Below, one piece after another: positions 29,575-39,066 of a DNA stretch of 64,000 nt. The stretch is from NCBI GenBank assembly GCA_963555815.3, contig CAUVWX020000001.1:1120001-1184000 (forward strand), given 5' to 3'. Below the pieces are notes generated by a model. It was not told the DNA's origin. It made no database searches and saw only the letters and a program-made list of their open reading frames with translations. Positions within the stretch are counted from its first letter, which is position 1, and each line of letters starts with the position of its first letter. A program made the position numbers and the translations under genes. This DNA is from a bacterium. Its GTDB lineage: Bacteria > UBA8248 > JACPRG01 > G963555815.

Positions 29575-30618
29575 ATTATTAAAGTAGGACTGCATGTCAA
29601 AGGAGGGTACTTTTAACGGGCGAATCGCCTCTTCCGTTAACCCCCCGATGAAGGGCATGTGCTTTGCCCGTATCCTGGCATGAGGTAAGTGTGCCTGACG
29701 GACGTATAGCAATTTCATGCCTCGGGATTGCCCCTCTTCAATTAGACTCCTCAGCACGTCGACATAGCGCACCATGCCTCCAGTCAGGAATTTCTGACCC
29801 CTCCCTGTTTGTTCCAGAGCTATCCTCTTGTCTCTGCCCATCAGGGCCCTCTTTCTGACCGCTTCGAGCTCTTCTGGAGAGATTTGTCCTTCCTTAGGGG
29901 AGCAGCGCTCCTCCTCAATGTTTTGATCATAGAGATTCGTCAACCCCTCTCCTATCCAGATCGATAATTTCTCCCGGAGGATCAGAATGGAAAGGGCCCG
30001 ATTAGAAAACGCGTTCAAAATGCGGACAAACTCTGGGATGTTTTTTCGCAAACATTCGCTAATGCCGAAGATGGTATCCAGATCGTTCCACCCTAGATAG
30101 AGGACCCCAATGTGGAACCGATAGTTTTTTAAGTGTCCCAAAAAAAGGTCCCTGACATCTTCGGCTCTACCTCCTATGATGCCTGCGTTGACCACCTCAA
30201 ATTTTCGTGGGGAATAGAGCTGGGTGAGCTTCGCCTCAAGCTGCTCCGGCCAGGTTTCTCCGTCGCGATTTCCCGCCCCCCAGGTACTGGAGCCCCCGAG
30301 GGCGAGAATCCGGATGGTATTAGGGTCAGGTTCTGGCCCGAAGTCTTTTCCCCTCAGACCTAGCCGGTTGATTCGGGTGCCACCTGGGACGTCGTGTCTC
30401 ACCACGACGGTGTTCGGGGGAAGCGCGTACCCCTCCCCGGAACGGCTCTGGGTAACCCTATTTTTTGGTAAGCCCCAGTAGAGAAAGCGTGTCTCCTGGG
30501 TCGTGAAGTAATACCGAACCCGAACACCGGACTCCACGAGGACGACGAGGACAATGGTCGGTAGTAAGGCGAAAAGGATGTATTTACCGATTCTTTTGGG
30601 GTTTGCTTTAGATTTCAT
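29575..30618 (-). pseudogene. Membrane-anchored SGNH/GDSL hydrolase, N-terminal part, truncated by IS
   Basis: N-terminal TM, INRLGLRG, LGGSSTWG, VNAGIIG, LGWND; DxxH block is missing here and found at 26886-27020. Confidence 0.88.
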
Positions 30619-30745
30619 CACTGGACTTAAAACGATCTCGGAAGAATCCGCTCGTGGGAGCGTCCGAGAAGAGGGCTCCAGAAGTCCAAGCTCGTTTCCC
30701 GCCTCCCATCTCGACTGTAACAACTCATTTTAACTCTTTTCCCTC

Positions 30746-30819
30746 AGCAGCTTCACTTCCTCCCATTTGGGTTGTATCTGTTTGTCCAATGGATTCCCTC
30801 GGAGGGGTTGAGGGCCTCC
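30746..30819. repeat. 74-bp direct repeat, copy 2 (3' end of ABC SBP gene)
   Basis: Identical to 26643-26716. Confidence 0.95.
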
Positions 30820-31772
30820 CGAGGAAACTGTCTCGGCTCCATGGTGTGGAGGATGTCCATGTATTGGATGACGTTGAAGGGTGTTATCAGCCCATCGGGG
30901 GAGAGGGAATCCTTCAGGGCTTCGATAGAAAGCTGGACGATCTCGCGGGGGATCCTGGGAAAGAATTTTTCTGCCGCGTCGACAGCTGCAGTCAAGTTCT
31001 CGCGCCAGAAGCGGTTGGCCGCATTCATAGCCCGGACAAAAGCTCGGACTTCTCTCTCATGCTCCTCGGCCCACTCCTTGGTGACGGTGATCCCCACATG
31101 CTCGAAGTTGACGAAAGCAGGCACGTCTCCTGCGGAGCTTTTGATGATGATCTTCCCGAAACCCTCTTCTTCCAAAAGCAAGGGGGTGGGGTGAGGGAGC
31201 ATGAGGGCGTCGATCTCTCCTGCGCGAAAGGCCTGAGCCAGCGTCGTCACCGTTCCGAGGAAGGTGAAAAAGATGTTTTCGCCAAGGCCCAGACGAGCCT
31301 TTTCTAGGTAGTAGCGGAGCGCGACATCGTCGAGAGCGTCTTCGGCCGTAACCCCAATGTCCATCCCCTTCAACGCCTTAAAGCGTTGCATGATGGGCAA
31401 ATCCCGGCTGAGGCCCTTGGCCTCGATCACCTCGTTTCGGACCACAAGGTCCATAGTCATCCGGTTGGCTATGCTGTAGATTCGGACGAGGTGTTTTCCC
31501 TGCTGGCGGAGAAGGACGGTCTCCCCGATATTCGTGGCGGAGGAGAATTGGGCCTCTTTGGCCAAAAGGGTGAGGGCCGCATGGGAGCCCGCACTCACCC
31601 CGAGCATCTCCACCGTCAAGCCCTCTTTGGCGAAGAAGCCTTGTTCCTTGGCCACATAGAAGGGAGTCAGGTGGAGGGCGTTGACGTGGGTCACGTAGAG
31701 GATCGGCTGGGCGTGGGTCTGAGACGCCAGAAGCCCTGCCGCCAGGACCCTCCATGGCCTGCTTCGTCTCAT
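30753..31772 (-). CDS. ABC transporter substrate-binding protein, NMT1/SsuA-like
   Basis: PFYVAKEQGFFAKEGLTVE, LKGMDIGVT, C-terminal WTNRY. Confidence 0.85.
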   Translation of the reverse strand: MRRSRPWRVLAAGLLASQTHAQPILYVTHVNALHLTPFYVAKEQGFFAKEGLTVEMLGVSAGSHAALTLLAKEAQFSSATNIGETVLLRQQGKHLVRIYSIANRMTMDLVVRNEVIEAKGLSRDLPIMQRFKALKGMDIGVTAEDALDDVALRYYLEKARLGLGENIFFTFLGTVTTLAQAFRAGEIDALMLPHPTPLLLEEEGFGKIIIKSSAGDVPAFVNFEHVGITVTKEWAEEHEREVRAFVRAMNAANRFWRENLTAAVDAAEKFFPRIPREIVQLSIEALKDSLSPDGLITPFNVIQYMDILHTMEPRQFPREALNPSEGIHWTNRYNPNGRK

Positions 31773-31841
31773 CGCACGAGGACTCTCAGGGTGATGGAGC
31801 AAGATGGGGGGGCTGCCATGGTGGCCGCTCCTCTTTGCTGT

Positions 31842-32366
31842 TTAGAACTCGATGAGGGAGAAAATCTCATGGTTTTTAAGGCGCTCTCGCCCCTTGAGGA
31901 AAGTCAGTTCGACCAGGAAGGCGAGCCCCATCACGACCCCCTGCAATCTCTCCACCAGCTCGACGGCTGCCGCTGAGGTTCCCCCGGTCGCCAGGAGGTC
32001 ATCGACCACCAGGACCCGGTCCCCCTGCTGAACCGAGTCCTCGTGGATCTCCAGCTTATCCGTCCCGTACTCCAGTTCGTACTGGGTCTTGATGGTCCGA
32101 TAGGGGAGTTTTCCCCCTTTTCGGATGAGGATGACGCCGCAGTTGAGCTTGTAGGCCAGAGCGGCCCCGAAGACAAAGCCCCGGGATTCGACCGCCACGA
32201 TCAGGTCCACTTTTTGGTTGATGTAGTGGTCCCCGATGAGGTCGATGGCGGTCGCAAAGGCTTGGCCGTTGGACAGGAGCGTCGTGATGTCTTTGAAAAG
32301 CACCCCTTTCCCTGGGAAGTCCGGGACATCCCGGATCATGCCTTTGAGCTCTTGAGGCCCCAACAT
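31842..32366 (-). CDS. apt: Adenine phosphoribosyltransferase
   Basis: PDFPGKGVLFKDITT, ESRGF, YELEYG, VDDLLATGGT. Confidence 0.97.
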   Translation of the reverse strand: MLGPQELKGMIRDVPDFPGKGVLFKDITTLLSNGQAFATAIDLIGDHYINQKVDLIVAVESRGFVFGAALAYKLNCGVILIRKGGKLPYRTIKTQYELEYGTDKLEIHEDSVQQGDRVLVVDDLLATGGTSAAAVELVERLQGVVMGLAFLVELTFLKGRERLKNHEIFSLIEF

Positions 32367-32385
32367 GACGTCTCCCTTCGTTCTA

Positions 32386-33117
32386 TCAGGGTAAAAAGAA
32401 GAGGGGGTCCCGGGGTGAGGTTCGATTTCGGATCTCAAAGTGCAGATGAGGACCCGTTGAGCGCCCTGTGCTCCCCACGAGGGCGATGGTCTCCCCTTGG
32501 CGGACCTGTTGCCCTATCTTTACCAGATTTTTCCGGTTATGCGCATAGACGGTGTGGAAACCGCTGGCATGCCGAAGTATGACCATCAGGCCATACCCGC
32601 CAGGCCCCCTGTCACTGAAGATGACCTTCCCCTCCTCGGCGGCCCGGATGGGGGTCCCGGCCACGGTGGCGATGTCAATGCCCTGGTGCATTTGGTGGCC
32701 TCTTCGGCCGAAGGGAGAAGTCAGGGAGCCGCGAAGGGGCCAGTCGAAGTCTAGCTCCCCCGGGATGATCACGCTGGCCTCGGCATCGGGGAGGGCCCCT
32801 CGAGGCGACTGCTCAGGCGCCTTTCTCACCCTTGCCTTTCTCGATGGCACCTTCCGGACCCGCCTGGCCCCTGGGATAAAGAGCCGGGTTCCCTTTCGAA
32901 TCTTCCTCGGATCTGCAATGTGGTTCGCCTTGGCGAGATCCCGCACCTCCACTCCGTAAGTTCGGGCGATCCGATACAGGGTCTCACCAGGCTTGATGAC
33001 GTGATAAACACCTCGCCCCCGAAAATCTTTCTGAGACCCAAAGCGAAGTGACCCACACCCGGAGAGGAATGCGAGAACAAGAATGCCCCCCAGGAGGAGG
33101 CCGCGTCGCTCCCTCAC
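32386..33117 (-). CDS. LysM + M23 peptidase lipoprotein (NlpD-like)
   Basis: Lipobox LSGC, LysM HVIKPGETLYRIA, HQGIDI, HLHFEIR. Confidence 0.92.
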   Translation of the reverse strand: MRERRGLLLGGILVLAFLSGCGSLRFGSQKDFRGRGVYHVIKPGETLYRIARTYGVEVRDLAKANHIADPRKIRKGTRLFIPGARRVRKVPSRKARVRKAPEQSPRGALPDAEASVIIPGELDFDWPLRGSLTSPFGRRGHQMHQGIDIATVAGTPIRAAEEGKVIFSDRGPGGYGLMVILRHASGFHTVYAHNRKNLVKIGQQVRQGETIALVGSTGRSTGPHLHFEIRNRTSPRDPLFFLP

Positions 33118-33152
33118 TTCCTATGCCACCTCCTCAGCGGAGGACCCATCGG

Positions 33153-33611
33153 TTATCCCTTGGAACAGGCAGCTATGGCCTGCTCAACGGCGGAGACGGG
33201 GTCCGTTGCCCGAGCCACCTCGTCGGGCGCAATGCGACAGCCAAGGCTCACAACGGGTTTTCCCATTTGGAGGGCGAAGGCCAACTCCGATAGAGTGCCG
33301 TAGCTTCCGTCCAGGGCGATGAGGGATCGCGCCGTCCGGACCAAGACCGCGTTCCGGGCATAGCCCATGCCCGTCACGACCGGGATGTCCACGTAGGGAT
33401 TTCCCTCTTCCGCTTGCTGTCCGGGCAGAACCCCGACGGTGAGTCCACCCGCCTCTTGGGCGCCCTTGCAGGCGGCCTCCATGACACCCCCCAGCCCTCC
33501 GCAGACGAGGACCGCCCCCCTTCGGGCGATCTCCCGGCCTACGTCGTAGGCCTGGGCGTAAACTTCTTGGGAGGACTCACTCCCCCCGATAACGCCGATC
33601 ATGGTCTTCAT
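33153..33611 (-). CDS. LOG/TIGR00725 family Rossmann-fold nucleotide-binding protein
   Basis: IGVIGG, CGGLGGVMEAAC, TGMGYARN, GSYGTLSE. Confidence 0.9.
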   Translation of the reverse strand: MKTMIGVIGGSESSQEVYAQAYDVGREIARRGAVLVCGGLGGVMEAACKGAQEAGGLTVGVLPGQQAEEGNPYVDIPVVTGMGYARNAVLVRTARSLIALDGSYGTLSELAFALQMGKPVVSLGCRIAPDEVARATDPVSAVEQAIAACSKG

Positions 33612-33635
33612 CTCGCCCTCATCTAAGGGGCCGTT

Positions 33636-33800
33636 GTCCCCTTGATCTCCTGGACTCAACCCGGTCAGGGGACGAGCCTTAAACTCGCAGCTCCCTGCTT
33701 CAGGATACCTTCATCAATAAATCAGGCAAGGACAAGCCCGCGGTTAAATGTGGGTATCCGACCTTGACTGAGAATGATAGTGTTCGCTGGCAGGGGGGTA
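33636..33800 (-). ncRNA. Structured RNA, 6S-like rod with central bubble (or cis-regulatory leader)
   Basis: Nested stems CTCAGTC/GGTTGAG, GGTCGG/CTGACC, CGCGG/CTGCG, TCCTTGC/GCAGGGA, with G-U pairs favouring the minus strand; upstream TGnTATACT. Confidence 0.5.
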
Positions 33801-33824
33801 TCTGGAAAATCCCAACTTTGGGTC

Positions 33825-33852
33825 AGTATATCATTTGTGCTGCTCCCGTCCA
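33825..33852 (-). promoter_or_regulatory. Extended -10 promoter upstream of the RNA candidate
   Basis: TGGACG-16 nt-TATACT with TG at -15/-14. Confidence 0.5.
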
Positions 33853-34017
33853 TCTCTGGAAAAAAGGTGAGGCATGACGGAGCCAAACGATTTGGTTAAC
33901 GAGGTTTGGCCCTATAGGTTTGTGAGACCACGGCGGCGACTTAACTTAAAGTAATATATCAAGTGTTGTGCGCTATCTTCTTTGATTATGCTGGAAATCA
34001 GCGCTTTCTATTTTGGC

Positions 34018-35688
34018 TCATCGGGTGACGGCGCCTTCGGATGCGGAGGAGACTAGGCGGGCGTACTTGGCCATGACGCCGGTTGTGTAACGCGCCGGCG
34101 GGGGCTTCCATTGGCTGAGCCGGTTTTTTAGTTCTTTATCTGACAGCTCAACCGACAGCGTGCGTGCGACCACGTCAAAGGCAATCGTGTCGCCATCGCG
34201 GAGAGCGGCGATGGGGCCGCCGACGGCTGCCTCGGGGGCGACATGGCCGGCCATGAGACCGTGCGTTGCCCCTGAGAAGCGGCCGTCCGTCAGCAGGGCC
34301 ACCGAGTCCCCGAGGCCAGCGCCCACGATGGCCGCCGTGACGCCGAGCATCTCGCGCATCCCGGGCCCACCCTTGGGCCCCTCATAGCGGATAACCACCA
34401 CGTCACCCTTGGAGATCTCCGCCCTCTGGACCGCTGCGAAGGCGTCCTCCTCCCGATCGAAGACCCGCGCCGGGCCCTGGTGGGTCATCCGCTTGTGACC
34501 GGCGGCTTTCAGGACGCAGCCCTCGGGGGCGAGATTTCCTTTCAGGATGACAAGCCCGCCGGTCGGCTTGATGGGATTGGAGATCGGTCGTACGACCTCC
34601 TGACCGGGAGTCTCGACAGCGCTCTTTGCCTCTTCCCCGATGGTGCGCCCCGTGACGGTGCGCTCGTCGGCGTTGAGAAGCCCGGCCTCTAAGAGCCGAC
34701 TGGCGACGAGGCGAACCCCGCCGGCACGGTGGAGGTCCGTGGCGACAAAACGCCCCCCCGGCTTCAGGTCGCAGAGGACGGGTACGCGGGAACTGATCGA
34801 GTCGAAATCTTCGATGGCCAGGGGGACGCCCATCTCTTGGGCGATGGCCAGGAGGTGCAGAACGCCGTTTGTCGAACCGCCCGTTGCGGCGATGGAGGCG
34901 ATGGCGTTCTCGAGGGCGCCGCGCGTGATGATCTGGCTTGGGCGAGAGTCGCGGCGAAGGAGATCCATCACTAGCTGACCCGCCTGGAAGGCGGCCTCGT
35001 CCTTTTGAGAGTCCATGGCAGGGATCTCCCCGAGCCCCATCGGAGATATGCCGAGGAGATCCAGGGCCGTGGCCATCGTATTTGCAGTGAACTGGCCCCC
35101 GCAGGCCCCGGCCCCAGGGCAGGCGCTGTCTTCCAGCTCCCGGAGCTCTTCCATCGTCATCTTGCCGGCGGCCTGGGCGCCGACGGCCTCGAAGACGTCC
35201 TGAATGGTCACATCCCTACCCTGGAACCGGCCGGGCTGGATCGAGCCGCCATAGAGCACGAGAGAGGGAACATCCAGGCGGGCGAGGGCCATAACGGTCC
35301 CCGGGTTAGTCTTGTCGCAGCCGGAGAGGGCGACGACGGCGTCGAAGTGATGGCCGCGGACAACAAGCTCAATCGAGTCAGCGATGACCTCGCGACTGAC
35401 CAGGGACGCCTTCATCCCCTCTGCCCCCATGGAGATGCCGTCGGATACAGCGACCGTATTGAACTCGATGGGCGTCCCGCCCGCCGCGCGGACGCCCTCC
35501 TTCACCTTGGCCGCCAGCCGTCGCAGGTGATAGTTGCAGGGCATCACCTCGATCCAGGTGTTCGCGATCCCGACGAGAGGGCGGGCGATGTCCTCGTCGG
35601 TGAAGCCGACCGCCTTGAGCATCGCGCGGGCCGGGGCTCGGGCAGGCCCTTCGGTGATGGCGCGGCTTCTGTGTTTCAGGGTCGTCAC
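34018..35688 (-). CDS. ilvD: Dihydroxy-acid dehydratase
   Basis: MPCNYH, VSDGISMG, GCDKTNPG, GACGGQFTANTM, TDGRFSGAT. Confidence 0.97.
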   Translation of the reverse strand: MTTLKHRSRAITEGPARAPARAMLKAVGFTDEDIARPLVGIANTWIEVMPCNYHLRRLAAKVKEGVRAAGGTPIEFNTVAVSDGISMGAEGMKASLVSREVIADSIELVVRGHHFDAVVALSGCDKTNPGTVMALARLDVPSLVLYGGSIQPGRFQGRDVTIQDVFEAVGAQAAGKMTMEELRELEDSACPGAGACGGQFTANTMATALDLLGISPMGLGEIPAMDSQKDEAAFQAGQLVMDLLRRDSRPSQIITRGALENAIASIAATGGSTNGVLHLLAIAQEMGVPLAIEDFDSISSRVPVLCDLKPGGRFVATDLHRAGGVRLVASRLLEAGLLNADERTVTGRTIGEEAKSAVETPGQEVVRPISNPIKPTGGLVILKGNLAPEGCVLKAAGHKRMTHQGPARVFDREEDAFAAVQRAEISKGDVVVIRYEGPKGGPGMREMLGVTAAIVGAGLGDSVALLTDGRFSGATHGLMAGHVAPEAAVGGPIAALRDGDTIAFDVVARTLSVELSDKELKNRLSQWKPPPARYTTGVMAKYARLVSSASEGAVTR

Positions 35689-35700
35689 TTGGTTTTCCTC

Positions 35701-37236
35701 TTACTTCTTTCGCTTCGCGGGCCTGCCGAGGGCGACCAGAAACATAACACTCTTGTCTCCCGCGTGGGGTGAAAAGAAAGCGTTCACGTCATCATCGAAG
35801 AAGGTGAGACCGGTGGCCCCGAACCCCTGTCCGTAGGCTGAGAGATAAATCTTGCCGCCGAGGATGGCGGCCTCCATCTCGGCGGCCCGGTAGCCCCGAT
35901 TTCCGAACTGCTCCAGGACCGGCTTCAAGTCCGACAGGAAATAGATATTCACGCTGGCGTCCGCTGGCAACTCCTGCCCAAGGCCGAGGTGGCCGGCCTC
36001 ACCGCGAAACTGGCCCTCCTTCAACTGTTCGAGGGCCCGTTCCTTGCCATGGAAGACATAGGTGCCGGCCGCAAGACCCTCGACGTCGTTCACGATCAGA
36101 TAAAGACTGTTGAGGCACGGTGAGGACGAGTTGAGGAAATCCCCCGGAATACCTCGGGTCGCACGGTCGAGGGCGGTCGAGAGCTGTCGGAAGGTGATGG
36201 GCTCCTTGGCAAACTCACGAGCTGATCCCCGTCGCAGGATGACATCAAAGATGGATTCTTTGGGGAGCTCTGCGTCGGTGAGAGACTCAAGGGCAAGGGG
36301 CTTCCCCGAGGGCGGGGGGGTTTTGGGGGATGGAATGGTGCCATGCCAGTCGGTTGCCTCTTCCTCGGAGATCAGCGAAGAGGCTTCATGTATTGCCCGG
36401 ATGGCCGGATAATCAGTCTCGCTCTTGGACAAGGGGAGGGTTTCCAGGCGAAGCGGGGTCACCTTCGGAGAGGGCGGAGGTGACCCTTTATCCTCCCCGA
36501 GGGGCACTAGAGCCAGGGCCACCTCCCGGTCGCTGTCGACCCCCAGGAGGGAGTTGACCTCTGTGTCCACAAAGCCGAGGACGACTCGAGACGGGACGTC
36601 ATGAGCGGCGGAAACCGCGAGGAGGTTCGCCAGGATTGTTCCGGAATCCCAGAAACAGTGCCGGTAGGCCCGCGCTTGGTATTTCCAGGAGTTTCGCCAG
36701 TAGGTGCTGGTGAGGGCCACGATGGCGGGCGCCCTCCCCAGGGAGGCCTCTTGTCCGCTTGCCCGTATCAGGACCGAACGGTGATCGCCTGCGCGAAGCA
36801 AACGGACTGAAAAATCGTGGGCGCCGTAGTGGTAGACACCGGCCTCAAGGCCGGGCAGGTCGCCGCAGATGAGATAGAGCTCGATGTGGTAAAGGGCTCC
36901 TGTGCAGGCAGCAGCCCGAAAGTACATCTTGCCTCCCGGGGAGGTTCGACTCTTCGTGATCCCGGCAGACAAGAAGAAGATCCGCGACAGGGTCTCTAGA
37001 TCGGGGATGCAACTCCCGTGGGATCCTTCGCCCGAGGCTGAAATGGCCGAAAGGGCCGACCCCTTCAAGGGGGCGCCCTCCCTGGGCAGCGGGATGGGGT
37101 TTAGCGTGGAATACACCTTGTAGGGCAAAGGCTGGTTCTCCCAGTCCAGATAGTGAGGGTTTGAGTAGAGGCTGGCTTGGGAGTGTTTGGTCTGGTTGTG
37201 ATACGTCCAGGTCGCTTCGAGGTCACGATTTCCCAA
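35701..37236 (-). CDS. SagB/ThcOx-family double nitroreductase-domain dehydrogenase
   Basis: YHNQTKHS, RAAACTGALY, WKYQARAYR, RRGSAR, GATGLTFFDD; TTG start after GGAG. Confidence 0.88.
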   Translation of the reverse strand: MGNRDLEATWTYHNQTKHSQASLYSNPHYLDWENQPLPYKVYSTLNPIPLPREGAPLKGSALSAISASGEGSHGSCIPDLETLSRIFFLSAGITKSRTSPGGKMYFRAAACTGALYHIELYLICGDLPGLEAGVYHYGAHDFSVRLLRAGDHRSVLIRASGQEASLGRAPAIVALTSTYWRNSWKYQARAYRHCFWDSGTILANLLAVSAAHDVPSRVVLGFVDTEVNSLLGVDSDREVALALVPLGEDKGSPPPSPKVTPLRLETLPLSKSETDYPAIRAIHEASSLISEEEATDWHGTIPSPKTPPPSGKPLALESLTDAELPKESIFDVILRRGSAREFAKEPITFRQLSTALDRATRGIPGDFLNSSSPCLNSLYLIVNDVEGLAAGTYVFHGKERALEQLKEGQFRGEAGHLGLGQELPADASVNIYFLSDLKPVLEQFGNRGYRAAEMEAAILGGKIYLSAYGQGFGATGLTFFDDDVNAFFSPHAGDKSVMFLVALGRPAKRKK

Positions 37237-37437
37237 TGAACTGCTCCGAAAGAAGGGCAACCTACTCTTTAATTTGGCCACTTTTGGGTATGGTGGCAAG
37301 AGGATTAAGGCGGTTGCCCTGTCCACAAAGGGGTCTCGGCTTCTCGAGACGGCAGGGGTTGCGGGAAGAGGCCCCGGAGAGTGAGAGGAAGAGCTTTCCC
37401 AGGGAGGCTGGAATGGTCGTTCCTGTCTTGGCCCGTT

Positions 37438-37956
37438 TTATTCAATCTTGACTACCTTGACGTCGAAGGTCAGCGTCTTTCCAGCCAACGGGTGGTTGAA
37501 ATTCAAGACAACCAATTCCTCCTTGATCTCGTGAACCCTGAAGCGCTGAAGCTTCCCTGATGGTCCTCGCGCAACCAGCTCCTCGCCCGGTTTCTGGAGA
37601 TCCTCCGGAACCAGCGCTTTCTCTACCTCCACGAAGGCGTCAGGATTGAGCGGTCCGTAGGCCTCCTCAGGCTCCAGGGTGACCGTTTTAGTCTGCCCCT
37701 CCACCAGGCCCAGAATGGCGGCCTGGAGGGCGGGGAGGAGCTGCCCTGAACCCTGGGTATAGGTGAGGGGCTCCTCTCCGACGTTGCTTTCAACCTCCGT
37801 CTTATCCGGGAGAGTGAGGGTGTACTCGATGGAAACCTGCTTGCCGACGGCCACTCCCTCCTGCGCCTTTGCGCTGTCTGCGACAAGCCAGAGAAATAAA
37901 GACACAAAGATGACAAGCAGCGGAGGGGATCCCGCAATTCGTTTGGGCAATCTCAC
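37438..37956 (-). CDS. FKBP-type peptidyl-prolyl isomerase (SlyD-like) with signal peptide
   Basis: VSIEYTL, PEEAYG, NFNHPLAGKTLTFDV. Confidence 0.9.
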   Translation of the reverse strand: MRLPKRIAGSPPLLVIFVSLFLWLVADSAKAQEGVAVGKQVSIEYTLTLPDKTEVESNVGEEPLTYTQGSGQLLPALQAAILGLVEGQTKTVTLEPEEAYGPLNPDAFVEVEKALVPEDLQKPGEELVARGPSGKLQRFRVHEIKEELVVLNFNHPLAGKTLTFDVKVVKIE

Positions 37957-38081
37957 GGCCACGACTCCTTCTTCCGTCGTGTGACTAGACTCGCGTGAGA
38001 TGAGGCCTACGCAAGCACGAATAGGTCCGGTGGGTCTGTCAGGGTTTTCCTCATCTATAAGTACAGACGAATGTGAATGAA

Positions 38082-38480
38082 TCAATCTTCATGGAGCTTG
38101 ACGCTGCCTTTCACCGTGGCGCCGTCTTCCATCTGAAGCCTAGCGGCCTTCAGTTCTCCTTCGAAGTGAGCTGTTTTATCAAGCTTGACCAGCCCCTTGG
38201 CTATCAGGGTTCCTTTGAAATTCCCCCGGATAACCACACTCTCGCTCTGAAGATTCGCCTCGACCTTTCCCCCTTCTTCGATGCTCACCTGGTGTGCTTC
38301 CAGATGGACCTCGCCGGTCAAGGTTCCCCGGACCACGAGATCTCCTCTTCCTGTCACCTTTCCGCTGATGGTGATCCCCTGGCCGACCAGAGAGCGATGG
38401 GTTTCGGATGGATGGCGGGTGTCAGCCAGCACATCGATCAGAGCCCCGCCTTGGCTATCCACTTTTTTTTCTTCCAACAT
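38082..38480 (-). CDS. Bactofilin (polymer-forming cytoskeletal protein)
   Basis: VGQGITISGKV..GDLVVRG beta-helix repeats, LQMEDGATVKG. Confidence 0.9.
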   Translation of the reverse strand: MLEEKKVDSQGGALIDVLADTRHPSETHRSLVGQGITISGKVTGRGDLVVRGTLTGEVHLEAHQVSIEEGGKVEANLQSESVVIRGNFKGTLIAKGLVKLDKTAHFEGELKAARLQMEDGATVKGSVKLHED

Positions 38481-38849
38481 TACGGCATCCCCCCTTGCAA
38501 TATCCTCCCCACCAAATCTCCTGTCTGACAAGTGTCAACCCCTCTTCCCAAGAGACCCCCATTGGCCTCATTAGGGGAGGGGGCAGAACCTCTTCCTGGG
38601 AGCAAAGAGGATTGTCCCTCTGCTCGCCTATATCGGCGGTCCACGCTGGGTTTGGTATTGCCCTGCCAGTCTACCTGATTTTCTTGCCCAGGGGACCTTT
38701 TGATGGGGCACAAGTAGGTTTCAGGTTCCGAGCGGATTGCGCTCAGCAACAGGGAGGGTGGATGTCACGGCGGATGGGGGCATGCCCGGAAATGGATGCC
38801 CAGCTTGGGCTCTACGGGATTCCTGGGTTTTCAAAGGCCCCAAAAAGGC

Positions 38850-38879
38850 TTGACAGTCGGGGGGTGAGCAGGATATATT
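38850..38879 (+). promoter_or_regulatory. Sigma70-like promoter for the first CRTAC1-like gene
   Basis: TTGACA-18 nt-TATATT. Confidence 0.45.
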
Positions 38880-39066
38880 CTAAATATATTTTAACCCTTC
38901 TATACGATGGAGACAGGGGGGGATATGTCCTTCCAAGCAGCAGCTCTTACCCAGGAAGACAGATGCGGGAAAGCACAAGGGTTTCAGGGAAGGGAGTCTG
39001 AAGCCTGAGTCACCAGTTTGTCTTGGCGCTGTAAAGGTTCAAAGTCACCCATTGGAGGAGACGGTC

